Of a stretch of DNA of 64,000 nt, positions 9,588-17,648 are shown one piece after another (positions within the stretch are counted from its first letter, which is position 1; every line of letters starts with the position of its first letter). The position numbers and the translations under genes were made by a program. Below the pieces are notes generated by a model. It did not search any database and had not been told where the DNA came from. It was given only the letters and a program-made list of their open reading frames with translations. The stretch is taken from the NCBI GenBank assembly GCA_003281085.1, contig QCCZ01000002.1, forward strand, positions 11,028-75,027, in the 5' to 3' direction. Source of the DNA: OCS155 cluster bacterium AG-349-E07 (GTDB lineage Bacteria; Actinomycetota; Acidimicrobiia; Actinomarinales; Actinomarinaceae).

Positions 9588-10472
9588 TTATACGTCACAA
9601 TCCTCAGGAAGATATTCAGCTGGAATGTCTTCATCACACTCTGCTATATCATCATAAGTAACTGTAAAATCTGGTGAAAAGAACTTTGCATTTATTTCTG
9701 CAAGTTTTCCACTTTTTTCCATAGCTGCAAGGCCTTGATTAACAACATCTACTAACGGGCTTCCATTAGGAAATGCGAAACCTAGTTGTTCAGATGTTAA
9801 ATCTCCACCAACCAATTTAACTTGATCTTTATTTGCACCCATATATCCTAAACCAGCAGTTTCGTCAATAATAGACGCATCTGCATCGCCAGAGATAACA
9901 GCTTGGATAGCAAAGTTAAAATCATCAAATGCTTTAACTTTGTCTTCACCTAATTCAGCAACAGCAAACTCATAGTTTGTAGTTCCTTTTTGAGTTGCAA
10001 CTGTATAGTCTCCATTTTTAAGATCATCAATACTTGTAATTTCATCGTTACCGACTGCTACAAGTACTCTTTGGGCAAGATTGATATAACCATTAGAAAA
10101 GTCAATAATTTCATCTCTCTCTGCTGTGATTGTGATACCGTCACCAGCAATCATAAATTGTCCATCAGCTACAGCTTGTATCATTCCATCCCAAGCTGCC
10201 GGTACATAAACAGGAACGAAATTCATTAGTTCGCCCATATGATTAAACACATCATAGTCCCAGCCTTTAGCTTCACCATCAGCTGCATCAATATAATTGA
10301 ATGGTAAATATGCATTCTCTACAGCAAATGTAAATTCACAACCACCTAAATCAGGTAATCCGTTTTCTCCTGTTGTAATTTCTACTTCATCACATGGAGT
10401 TGCAGCGGTTGAACAAGCAGCAGCTACCAATGCTAAAACAAAAATTAAAAGGAGTGATTTTCTAGTTTTCAC
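9588..10472 (-). CDS. Amino-acid ABC transporter substrate-binding lipoprotein (family 3 SBP)
   Basis: 294 aa. GTG start with GGAGG 8 nt upstream, signal peptide plus lipobox (LVAAAC), and an acidic SBP body with paired Cys at both termini. Confidence 0.75.
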   Translation of the reverse strand: MKTRKSLLLIFVLALVAAACSTAATPCDEVEITTGENGLPDLGGCEFTFAVENAYLPFNYIDAADGEAKGWDYDVFNHMGELMNFVPVYVPAAWDGMIQAVADGQFMIAGDGITITAERDEIIDFSNGYINLAQRVLVAVGNDEITSIDDLKNGDYTVATQKGTTNYEFAVAELGEDKVKAFDDFNFAIQAVISGDADASIIDETAGLGYMGANKDQVKLVGGDLTSEQLGFAFPNGSPLVDVVNQGLAAMEKSGKLAEINAKFFSPDFTVTYDDIAECDEDIPAEYLPEDCDV

Positions 10473-10505
10473 TTAGTAAACCTCCAATTTCTTAAGTACA
10501 AATTA

Positions 10506-10541
10506 TTGCATAAAAATTCACTTATATGTATATTTATGCAA
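10506..10541. promoter_or_regulatory. 9-bp inverted repeat upstream of the SBP gene (candidate operator)
   Basis: TTGCATAAA-N18-TTTATGCAA in the 74-bp spacer upstream of the transporter operon. Confidence 0.25.
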
Positions 10542-10546
10542 ATATT

Positions 10547-11302
10547 TTATTCATCTAATGTATTTTTATAATTTGGTTGTCTCTTTTCAAAAAAGGCATT
10601 CATACCTTCAATTACATCTGAATGCTGAAACCTGCTATTTTGATTAATTGTTTCGTTGGCTATCGATTTTTCAAATGTTAAATCTAGACCGTCTTTAATT
10701 TGTTGTTTAACCATACATATAGATATGAAACTTTGTTTATTTAGATTTTCAATTAAATTTTTAAATTCTGTATCCATGTTTTCAGCATTTGTTAGCTTGT
10801 AAAGGACACCTAATCTATCTAATTCCTCCCCATTGATTTCATTGGATGTCATCATTAATTCTTTAGCCTTTTGAATACCTATTATTCTTGGCAATACCCA
10901 TGATCCCCCGAAATCAACAACCAATCCCCTTCTGACAAAAACTTCAATAAACCTTGTCTGTGGGGTAGCAATAATAAAATCGCTAATAAGCATCATATTT
11001 GCTCCAGCACCTGCAGCAATTCCATCAACAAGAGAAATTATTGGTTTTTTGCAATTCCACAATTTTATAGCTGCTTTAGAGACATCATCCATAAGTGCAT
11101 TTACTGTCTCTCCTAATTGAGCGCCAGCAGAATAATTTCCGTTGATATGTTTAATTACCAGATACTTTTGGTCACTATTTTCAAACGAATCTATTTCTTC
11201 TTGCAATTTAATCCAGTCATCAGCACCAATTGCATTCATTGCATTTTCATCATTAAATTGCAAAAATTTAATCTCATTTACAATATTCGATTCAAGTGTC
11301 AT
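10547..11302 (-). CDS. Enoyl-CoA hydratase/isomerase (crotonase) family protein
   Basis: 251 aa with the crotonase oxyanion-hole region SLVDGIAAGAGANMMLISDFIIA. Confidence 0.8.
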   Translation of the reverse strand: MTLESNIVNEIKFLQFNDENAMNAIGADDWIKLQEEIDSFENSDQKYLVIKHINGNYSAGAQLGETVNALMDDVSKAAIKLWNCKKPIISLVDGIAAGAGANMMLISDFIIATPQTRFIEVFVRRGLVVDFGGSWVLPRIIGIQKAKELMMTSNEINGEELDRLGVLYKLTNAENMDTEFKNLIENLNKQSFISICMVKQQIKDGLDLTFEKSIANETINQNSRFQHSDVIEGMNAFFEKRQPNYKNTLDE

Positions 11303-11340
11303 ATCTAGAAGTTTAATACAAATCTATTTAGAATGTATGT

Positions 11341-11448
11341 ATGGGATTTGATCCGAATAAACCTTACAAAGCAAATAAGACAGACTATCTGAATATAGTT
11401 GCAGCTCTTTTTCTAACAATTATTGTTGTTATTTGGGCATTAAATTAA
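11341..11448 (+). CDS. Candidate 35-aa single-pass membrane peptide (not in ORF track)
   Basis: My translation: MGFDPNKPYKANKTDYLNIVAALFLTIIVVIWALN, a polar head followed by a clean TM helix. It fills an otherwise empty 126-bp spacer and overlaps the rnhB 3' end by 20 nt. No obvious SD. Confidence 0.3.
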   Translation: MGFDPNKPYKANKTDYLNIVAALFLTIIVVIWALN

Positions 11449-12016
11449 AAGATTTACGATGGACATCTGAAAGCCCATATTTTTCTATAGCTAATCTATG
11501 CTCTTTAGTTCCATAACCTTTATTTTTTTCAAATGCATATCTGTTATATTTATTTGATATTTCAATCATGAAATTATCTCTAAGAACTTTTGCGATAATA
11601 CTTGCTAGAGCAATTGGCCTACAATTATCTTCACCCCTAATAAGTGAAATAGCATTAAATTTGGAAATCTTAAAATGATCAACATATACAATATCTCCGT
11701 CTTTAAATATTGAAGAAATAGAATCTTCTAAAACTTTTTCATTTGCAAGCTTAATTCCATAAAGATCAATAAATTCATTATCACGTTCTACATACGAATA
11801 TTCAATTTCACTTTCATGAACTAATTCAAATATCTGATTTCTTTTTTTTGGTGATAACTTTTTTGAATCTTTAACGTCAAGTAATAAATCTATATGTTCG
11901 TAATTGATTCTTACGGAAGCTGCTCCAATTGGTCCAGCAAAAGAACCCCTTCCAACTTCATCACTTCCGATGATGTATGTACTTGGATTGTTGTTCCAAA
12001 TTTTATCTTCAATCAT
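11429..12016 (-). CDS. rnhB: Ribonuclease HII
   Basis: 195 aa with the DEVGRGSFAGP motif, in the lepB-rnhB context. Confidence 0.9.
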   Translation of the reverse strand: MIEDKIWNNNPSTYIIGSDEVGRGSFAGPIGAASVRINYEHIDLLLDVKDSKKLSPKKRNQIFELVHESEIEYSYVERDNEFIDLYGIKLANEKVLEDSISSIFKDGDIVYVDHFKISKFNAISLIRGEDNCRPIALASIIAKVLRDNFMIEISNKYNRYAFEKNKGYGTKEHRLAIEKYGLSDVHRKSFNLMPK

Positions 12017-12599
12017 CTAATTTTTTAAAGTTTTCTAATGGATAAATCAAATGAGTAGCTTTGCCAATAATATTTCTCATAGGAATAGTTCCAATATATC
12101 TTGAGTCTTGACTGTTTGGTCTATTGTCCCCCAGTACAAAAATTTCGTTTTCAGGAATTAAAAATGTTTCTCTCTTGAAGTTCACTCCTTCATCAATATC
12201 AAATATTGTGAATCTGGAATTATTTACGAACACTTCCCCATTTTCTAAGATTTCAACTGTATCGCCTCCTACTCCAACCACTCTTTTAATAATCGCAGTA
12301 TTTTTTTGAGAATCTATATCACTTATTTTCCAGATTTGTAACCCATCTATATATTCTTGAAAGAAACTAATAGAATGTTCTGAGTCATTATTGTAAAAAA
12401 CTACAATATCGCCGCTAGCGATATCTAATTGCATAATTGTATCTTTAACTACAAGGACTCGATCATCTATTTTTAATGTAGGTTCCATTGATGTTGACGG
12501 AATATAATATATCTGAATTAGCAATGTTCTTACTAATGTAGCTACAAGAACAGCTAAAACGATTGTCGAAATTAATTTAAGTAGTTTTTTGATAATAAT
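12009..12599 (-). CDS. lepB: Signal peptidase I (5' end extended beyond the ORF-track TTG to include the membrane anchor)
   Basis: Catalytic boxes IPSTSMEPTL, IKRVVGVGGD and GDNRPNSQDSRY are present. The 25 in-frame codons upstream of TTG 12524 encode IIIKKLLKLISTIVLAVLVATLVRT, a typical SPase I anchor, and are bounded by an in-frame TAA at 12602..12600. Only ATT/ATC are available as start codons. Confidence 0.7.
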   Translation of the reverse strand: MIIKKLLKLISTIVLAVLVATLVRTLLIQIYYIPSTSMEPTLKIDDRVLVVKDTIMQLDIASGDIVVFYNNDSEHSISFFQEYIDGLQIWKISDIDSQKNTAIIKRVVGVGGDTVEILENGEVFVNNSRFTIFDIDEGVNFKRETFLIPENEIFVLGDNRPNSQDSRYIGTIPMRNIIGKATHLIYPLENFKKLDD

Positions 12600-12613
12600 T
12601 TAATAATAATTAG

Positions 12614-12964
12614 TTAATTACGATCTTCTTTAATTTTTGCAGATTTACCTACTCGATCACGAAGATAATAAAGTTTTGAGCGTCTTACTTTACCTTTTCT
12701 AACTACTTCTAAAGAATCAACAATTGGTGCATGTACAGGAAATATTCTTTCTACACCAACACCAAATGATAATTTTCGAACTGTAATAGTCTTGTTAATT
12801 CCAACACCGTTGATGGCTATAATAACTCCTTCAAATGTTTGAATTCTCTCTCTATTTCCTTCAGAGACTTTAACATTAACCTTTACAGTGTCCCCAGATT
12901 TCAATTCCGGTAAATCTTCTTTTAAATAATCTTTTTCAATGTTTTCGATTAGATCCATAATCAC
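12614..12964 (-). CDS. rplS: 50S ribosomal protein L19
   Basis: 116 aa with [26 protein letters not shown]. The start could be 2 codons downstream. Confidence 0.95.
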   Translation of the reverse strand: MIMDLIENIEKDYLKEDLPELKSGDTVKVNVKVSEGNRERIQTFEGVIIAINGVGINKTITVRKLSFGVGVERIFPVHAPIVDSLEVVRKGKVRRSKLYYLRDRVGKSAKIKEDRN

Positions 12965-12995
12965 TCCAAAAATGAATTATATAAGTAAATAGACT

Positions 12996-13631
12996 TTATA
13001 TGTCCTTTAAATTATTCTTTTTCCACTCTTCGATATCTTTATGGTTACCAGACAGCAAAACTTCAGGTACAGATAGATTTTTAAATGTTTCGGGCCTTGT
13101 ATATACAGGAAAGTCATATTTGTTGTCATTAAATGTTTCATATTTTAATGAATCTGGATTTCCTAATACGCCCGGAATCCTTCTTATTAAAGCTTCGAGC
13201 AAATACATCGCTGGAACTTCACCTCCAGAAATGACGGTGTGTCCAATAGAAACTTCATAATCTGAATGGATATCCAAGATTCTTTGATCAAAACCTTCAT
13301 ATCTGCCTGCAATTAGATTTATAGTCTTAAATGATAATAATTCAATTAATAGAGTTTCATCCAACTGCTCCCCTGATGGTGTTAGAAAAACATTAATTTC
13401 TGAATTTGAAGAGTTAATCGCATTGTCTAATGGCTCAGGCATTAATACCATTCCAGGTCCCCCGCCATATGGAGCATCATCTACTTGTTTATATTCTCCA
13501 ATTCCAAATTCCCTTAAGTTTGTAGTTTGAATATTTACCAACTGATTTTTAATAGCTTGTCTCACAATGCCTATATTTTTCCACTCCTCAATTAAATTAG
13601 GGAATAGTGTAATGACATTATATGTATTCAT
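12996..13631 (-). CDS. trmD: tRNA (guanine37-N1)-methyltransferase
   Basis: 211 aa with DDAPYGGGPGMVL and GRYEGFDQR. ATGA overlap with the cofH stop. Confidence 0.9.
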   Translation of the reverse strand: MNTYNVITLFPNLIEEWKNIGIVRQAIKNQLVNIQTTNLREFGIGEYKQVDDAPYGGGPGMVLMPEPLDNAINSSNSEINVFLTPSGEQLDETLLIELLSFKTINLIAGRYEGFDQRILDIHSDYEVSIGHTVISGGEVPAMYLLEALIRRIPGVLGNPDSLKYETFNDNKYDFPVYTRPETFKNLSVPEVLLSGNHKDIEEWKKNNLKDI

Positions 13632-15463
13632 GAATATTGGATTAAAGTTTTAGGATTTTTAAAATCTGTATAAAGAGTGTTTCTTAATACAGGTGTTTTA
13701 TTACAATTTTCAATTAGATCTATAAATTGCTGATCTGTAGTTTCTTGACCATGGTTGGCTCCAGAAGCTCTACTAATATTTTCATTAATTAATGTACCTC
13801 CTAAATCATTTACGCCTGCATCTAATAATTTACCAGCACCATCATGCCCTAGCTTCACCCAGCTTGCCTGTATATTATTAATTACATTTGTAAAATATAT
13901 TCGAGCAAGTGAATGAATTAGAACAACTTCATCCCATGTAGGACCCGGCATGCTTTTTCCTTGCAAATAAATTGGAGATCCCATATGTACAAAAGGTAGG
14001 GGTACAACTTCTGTAAAACCCCCAGTTTTTAACTGGATATTCCTTATAAGCGAGAAATGATTTACCCATGACTCTACATCATCTATATGTCCAAACATGA
14101 TTGTTGCTGTAGACTTCATTCCTAAACTGTGAGCTACTTCCATCACATATGCCCATTGAGATGACGTTATCTTATCTGGACACAAATATTTTCGGACTCT
14201 ATCATCTAATATTTCAGCTGCAGTTCCTGGTAATGTATTCAGACCAGCATCAAAAAGAAGTTTTAAATAATCTTCAATACTCAAATTTATTGTCTCAGCA
14301 CCTTGCCATATTTCTAAAGGTGTAAATCCATGAATGTGCATTTCTGGGATTGATTGTTTTATTTCTTCTACCATATTTAAATAAAATTCACCTGTGTAAT
14401 CAGGATGTATTCCTCCTTGTAGACATACTTCGGAAGCTCCCATTTCAAAAGCTTCAACGGTTCTATCTACTACCTCTTTTATATCAATAGAATATGGTTT
14501 TTCTTTAAGATTTAAACTTTTTGGACCTTTTGAGAATCCACAGAAACCACATTTGTAATAGCATTGATTTGTATAGTTAATATTTCTATTTTTAACAAAA
14601 GTTACTTTGTTGCCATTTTTAAGGAAATTTAATTGATTTGCAACATCAGCGATATCATTTATTTTTTCACCAGCAGTATTAAATAAAAGATTTAATTCAT
14701 CATCATTAATTTGATAACCATTTAATACATTATTTAGAATCTCATCTATATCGAAATGTTTTATTTGGCTTTTATTGTTATATACAAAATTGTTTAACTG
14801 AGGTATGTCTTTTCCGCTACCAGGATACCAATTGGTTTTCTCCCTTCTAAATCCTCTTACGTTTCTTGTGTTTAAATATCTAAAGAAACGCTCTTTAGTG
14901 AATTCTTTCCTTGCTTCATCAATTGAAAAAACTGGAGATAGTAATGTTCTCTCGTAAAAATTAAAACCTTGAATATTTTGTAATTCATCAATTTGTGCTG
15001 AACTCCAATCTCTCAGCAACAAATCAGAAATTCCATTTTTAATGTAACCTAGTGCTTCGTCAATAGTGTTTACGTATGCTGTTGTTATAAATTTAGTTTT
15101 TGTGTTTATTCCTTTTAAAAAATTAATATCTAAAGGATCTGATATCAATATAGTGTAGGGCTTCAATCTATCAATAACTTCAAGTGAAATTTCTTTGTTA
15201 TTTTTAAAATCATAAACAATTCTTTTGGGATTTATATCCTTAAAGTCTTCCCAATTATTATCCTTAATTATCCAACAATCAGAATCTACTGATACATCTT
15301 TAGACAAAGTTTGAAAATCTTTTTTATGAATTTTACTAATATCAAGATCTAATTCACTTTTAATTAAAAAAGCAGATGTGCCCTCTTTTCGTCTAGAATT
15401 TAGATAGATTTCATTATTGTTATCGCAGGGTCTTATTCTTAAAAAAGAAATATTTTCATTCAT
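13628..15463 (-). CDS. cofH: FO synthase subunit 2 (CofH-like radical SAM) with a long unrecognised N-terminal extension
   Basis: VKNRNINYTNQCYYKCGFCGF (CofH-type CxxxCxxC) is followed by about 310 aa of CofH-like body. The start is set at ATG 15463 (MNENIS), giving an 8-nt ATGAATGA overlap with the cofG stop. About 200-plus residues precede the radical-SAM core. Confidence 0.8.
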   Translation of the reverse strand: MNENISFLRIRPCDNNNEIYLNSRRKEGTSAFLIKSELDLDISKIHKKDFQTLSKDVSVDSDCWIIKDNNWEDFKDINPKRIVYDFKNNKEISLEVIDRLKPYTILISDPLDINFLKGINTKTKFITTAYVNTIDEALGYIKNGISDLLLRDWSSAQIDELQNIQGFNFYERTLLSPVFSIDEARKEFTKERFFRYLNTRNVRGFRREKTNWYPGSGKDIPQLNNFVYNNKSQIKHFDIDEILNNVLNGYQINDDELNLLFNTAGEKINDIADVANQLNFLKNGNKVTFVKNRNINYTNQCYYKCGFCGFSKGPKSLNLKEKPYSIDIKEVVDRTVEAFEMGASEVCLQGGIHPDYTGEFYLNMVEEIKQSIPEMHIHGFTPLEIWQGAETINLSIEDYLKLLFDAGLNTLPGTAAEILDDRVRKYLCPDKITSSQWAYVMEVAHSLGMKSTATIMFGHIDDVESWVNHFSLIRNIQLKTGGFTEVVPLPFVHMGSPIYLQGKSMPGPTWDEVVLIHSLARIYFTNVINNIQASWVKLGHDGAGKLLDAGVNDLGGTLINENISRASGANHGQETTDQQFIDLIENCNKTPVLRNTLYTDFKNPKTLIQYS

Positions 15464-16574
15464 GTGAGTCTTTTGGGTAACCATCTGTATCAATAATATT
15501 ATTAACTTTTTCAAAAATTTCGTCATTTAACCATTCTTTTTTTATAAATTCTGGATATATTGGGAGTCTTTTTTTAAGTACTTGACCAGTTACTGAAGTA
15601 TCTTTTTTTAATTTATCAATATTTGGCCAAAGGTGATCTGGGTTTACCCAATCTATAGTCAATGGTGAAATTCCACCAAGATCATTTATCCCACTTTTTA
15701 GAAACAAATTTATGTCTGGCGACAAATTAGGTGGAACTTGAATTGAAATATGAGAAGGAGAATATATTCTAGTGGTAGCAATTATTCTTAAAAATAAATC
15801 ATTTGTAATTTCAGAATTATTCTTCATAATAGTATTTTTTTTAGCTCTAAAATTTTGAAGGATAATCTCTTGAATAGCCATATTATTTTGTATTAATAAA
15901 ATGAGGTTTGTTATATCATCTACCACTTCATCTTTAGTAGAAGTAAGTCCTAAAAGAAGCCCTGTAGTTACTGGGTACTTTGCTTTTAGAGCATTTTCTA
16001 GAGATTCCATTCTAAGATCGATAAATTTTGTTTGAGTTTTGTAATGAGCTTGTCCCTTATCATATATATTTTTTGAAAATGTTTCAATCATTAAGCCGCC
16101 GGATGGTGAATATTTTTTTAACTCTTTTATTTCTTCAAAACTCATCAATCCGGGATTTGCATGTGGAAATAATTTAAACGTATCATTTACTTTTTTCATT
16201 GAACTGATCAAGTAATCATGAGTTGAAGAAAATCCAAGTTGTTCGAGTTGAGTCAACGCAAAGTCCCATTTTAATTCTGGCTTATCCCCTAATGTAAATA
16301 AAGCCTCATAACATCCTGCTTCATCACCTGCACCTGCAATACTTAAAACTTCTTCTTCGTTTAAATATGTTCCACCTTCATTTGGTGATTTAACAAAAGT
16401 GCAATATCCACAACTATCTCTACACATTGTTGTAAGTGGTATGAATACTTTTGGGCTGTAAGTTATTGTATTTCCAAAATAATTTATTTTTCTATCGAAT
16501 GCTTTAGAAAGCAAATCTTCAGTTGGTTCAGGTCCAAAAATTGAATCGTGAATATTTCTTCTTAATTCTCTCAT
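15456..16574 (-). CDS. cofG: FO synthase subunit 1 (CofG-like radical SAM)
   Basis: 372 aa with the CofG-type cluster motif IPLTTMCRDSCGYCTF. Confidence 0.82.
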   Translation of the reverse strand: MRELRRNIHDSIFGPEPTEDLLSKAFDRKINYFGNTITYSPKVFIPLTTMCRDSCGYCTFVKSPNEGGTYLNEEEVLSIAGAGDEAGCYEALFTLGDKPELKWDFALTQLEQLGFSSTHDYLISSMKKVNDTFKLFPHANPGLMSFEEIKELKKYSPSGGLMIETFSKNIYDKGQAHYKTQTKFIDLRMESLENALKAKYPVTTGLLLGLTSTKDEVVDDITNLILLIQNNMAIQEIILQNFRAKKNTIMKNNSEITNDLFLRIIATTRIYSPSHISIQVPPNLSPDINLFLKSGINDLGGISPLTIDWVNPDHLWPNIDKLKKDTSVTGQVLKKRLPIYPEFIKKEWLNDEIFEKVNNIIDTDGYPKDSHE

Positions 16575-16643
16575 ACTTAGTGTTTTTAAGGTATATTATT
16601 AGTTGATTGTAACAACAATTAATCAATAGTTTTGTGAGGGTTG

Positions 16644-17648
16644 ATGACAAATGTTTCACTTGTTGGTTTTGGAAGAATAGGTAGAGACCTATTCAGACAG
16701 ACATTGGGAGACAAAGACATTAACATAGTCTCAATATCAGATACTGCTGATAAAAAAAACCTAATTTATTTGCTCAAATATGACTCTATATATGGAAAAT
16801 TGAATGCTGAAATTCATGAAACAGAAACAGGCATTGTTGTAGATGACAAAGAAATCATATTTAACTCTTGGAAAGATGGAGATGAAGCTGAATGGGTGAA
16901 AATTGGAACAGATGTTGTAATACTTGCAACTGGTAAACCAAAAACAAAAAAAGAAGTTGATGTACATTTATCAAAAGGGTGTAAAAAAGTAATAGTTGCC
17001 TCTACACCAGATAATTTTAAAGATATCCAAATTTTTATACCTGGTGCAAACGATGAAAATATTGATTTTAAATCAAATGTGTTTTCTCTAGGATCAAATA
17101 CTGCAAATGCTGTTGCACCAATACTAAAAGCATTAGATAAAGACGTTGGCGTAGAAAGAGCTTTTTTAACAACTGTGCATGGATATTCGAACTCAAACAG
17201 ATTAGCTGATGTAGCTGGTGAAGGATTCAGACTAAATAGGGCCGCTGGCGAAAATATAATACCTAGTATTACTAAATCATCAGAAGTAATTGTAAATGTA
17301 CTTCCTTTTCTAAAAAATAAAATAGCATCCTCATCAATGACAGTTCCGATTCCTGATGGAAGTACAGTAGACCTAACAATAGATATTAGAAAAGAAACCA
17401 CTATTGAAGAAATTAACAATCTGCTAAAAAACTATTCAGAAAATGAGTTAAAAAATATAATCGGAATTACATATGACCCAATTGTTTCGTCTGATGTAGT
17501 CAGAAGCACATTTTCTGGACTGATAGATGGTCTTGCTACAATGGGTATTAATAATAAGAAAATAAAATTAATAATTTGGTTTGATAACGGTTGGGGTTAC
17601 GCTGCAAGAATAATAGACACTATTAAACGATTGGGACAGGAACTCTAA
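16644..17648 (+). CDS. GAPDH-family paralogue lacking the catalytic Cys (probable pseudoenzyme)
   Basis: The fold is GAPDH-like (GFGRIGR, LLKYDSIYG, TTVHGYS, WFDNGWGY). The active-site box reads SLGSNTANAVAP instead of SNASCTTNCLAP (AAT at 17097..17099 where a Cys codon is expected), and MRVP is replaced by MTVP. The ATG at 16644 is preferred over TTG 16641 (GAGG 4 nt upstream). Confidence 0.8.
   Translation: MTNVSLVGFGRIGRDLFRQTLGDKDINIVSISDTADKKNLIYLLKYDSIYGKLNAEIHETETGIVVDDKEIIFNSWKDGDEAEWVKIGTDVVILATGKPKTKKEVDVHLSKGCKKVIVASTPDNFKDIQIFIPGANDENIDFKSNVFSLGSNTANAVAPILKALDKDVGVERAFLTTVHGYSNSNRLADVAGEGFRLNRAAGENIIPSITKSSEVIVNVLPFLKNKIASSSMTVPIPDGSTVDLTIDIRKETTIEEINNLLKNYSENELKNIIGITYDPIVSSDVVRSTFSGLIDGLATMGINNKKIKLIIWFDNGWGYAARIIDTIKRLGQEL

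Noticed and set aside
15456-15526. The cofG/cofH overlap as a programmed frameshift or a sequencing frameshift in a fused fbiC.
   Set aside because: An ATG (15463) gives an 8-nt ATGAATGA overlap of the kind used at several other junctions in this window, and I see no slippery heptamer. A read-level indel cannot be excluded without data, so this is kept as a caveat in the related finding.
16603-16626. Inverted repeat TTGATT-N12-AATCAA in the cofG/GAPDH-like divergent spacer as an operator. Similar 6-bp repeats occur in the spacers at 20.9 kb and 45.1 kb.
   Set aside because: Arms of only 6 bp in very AT-rich DNA are expected by chance, and there is no second copy or extended symmetry.
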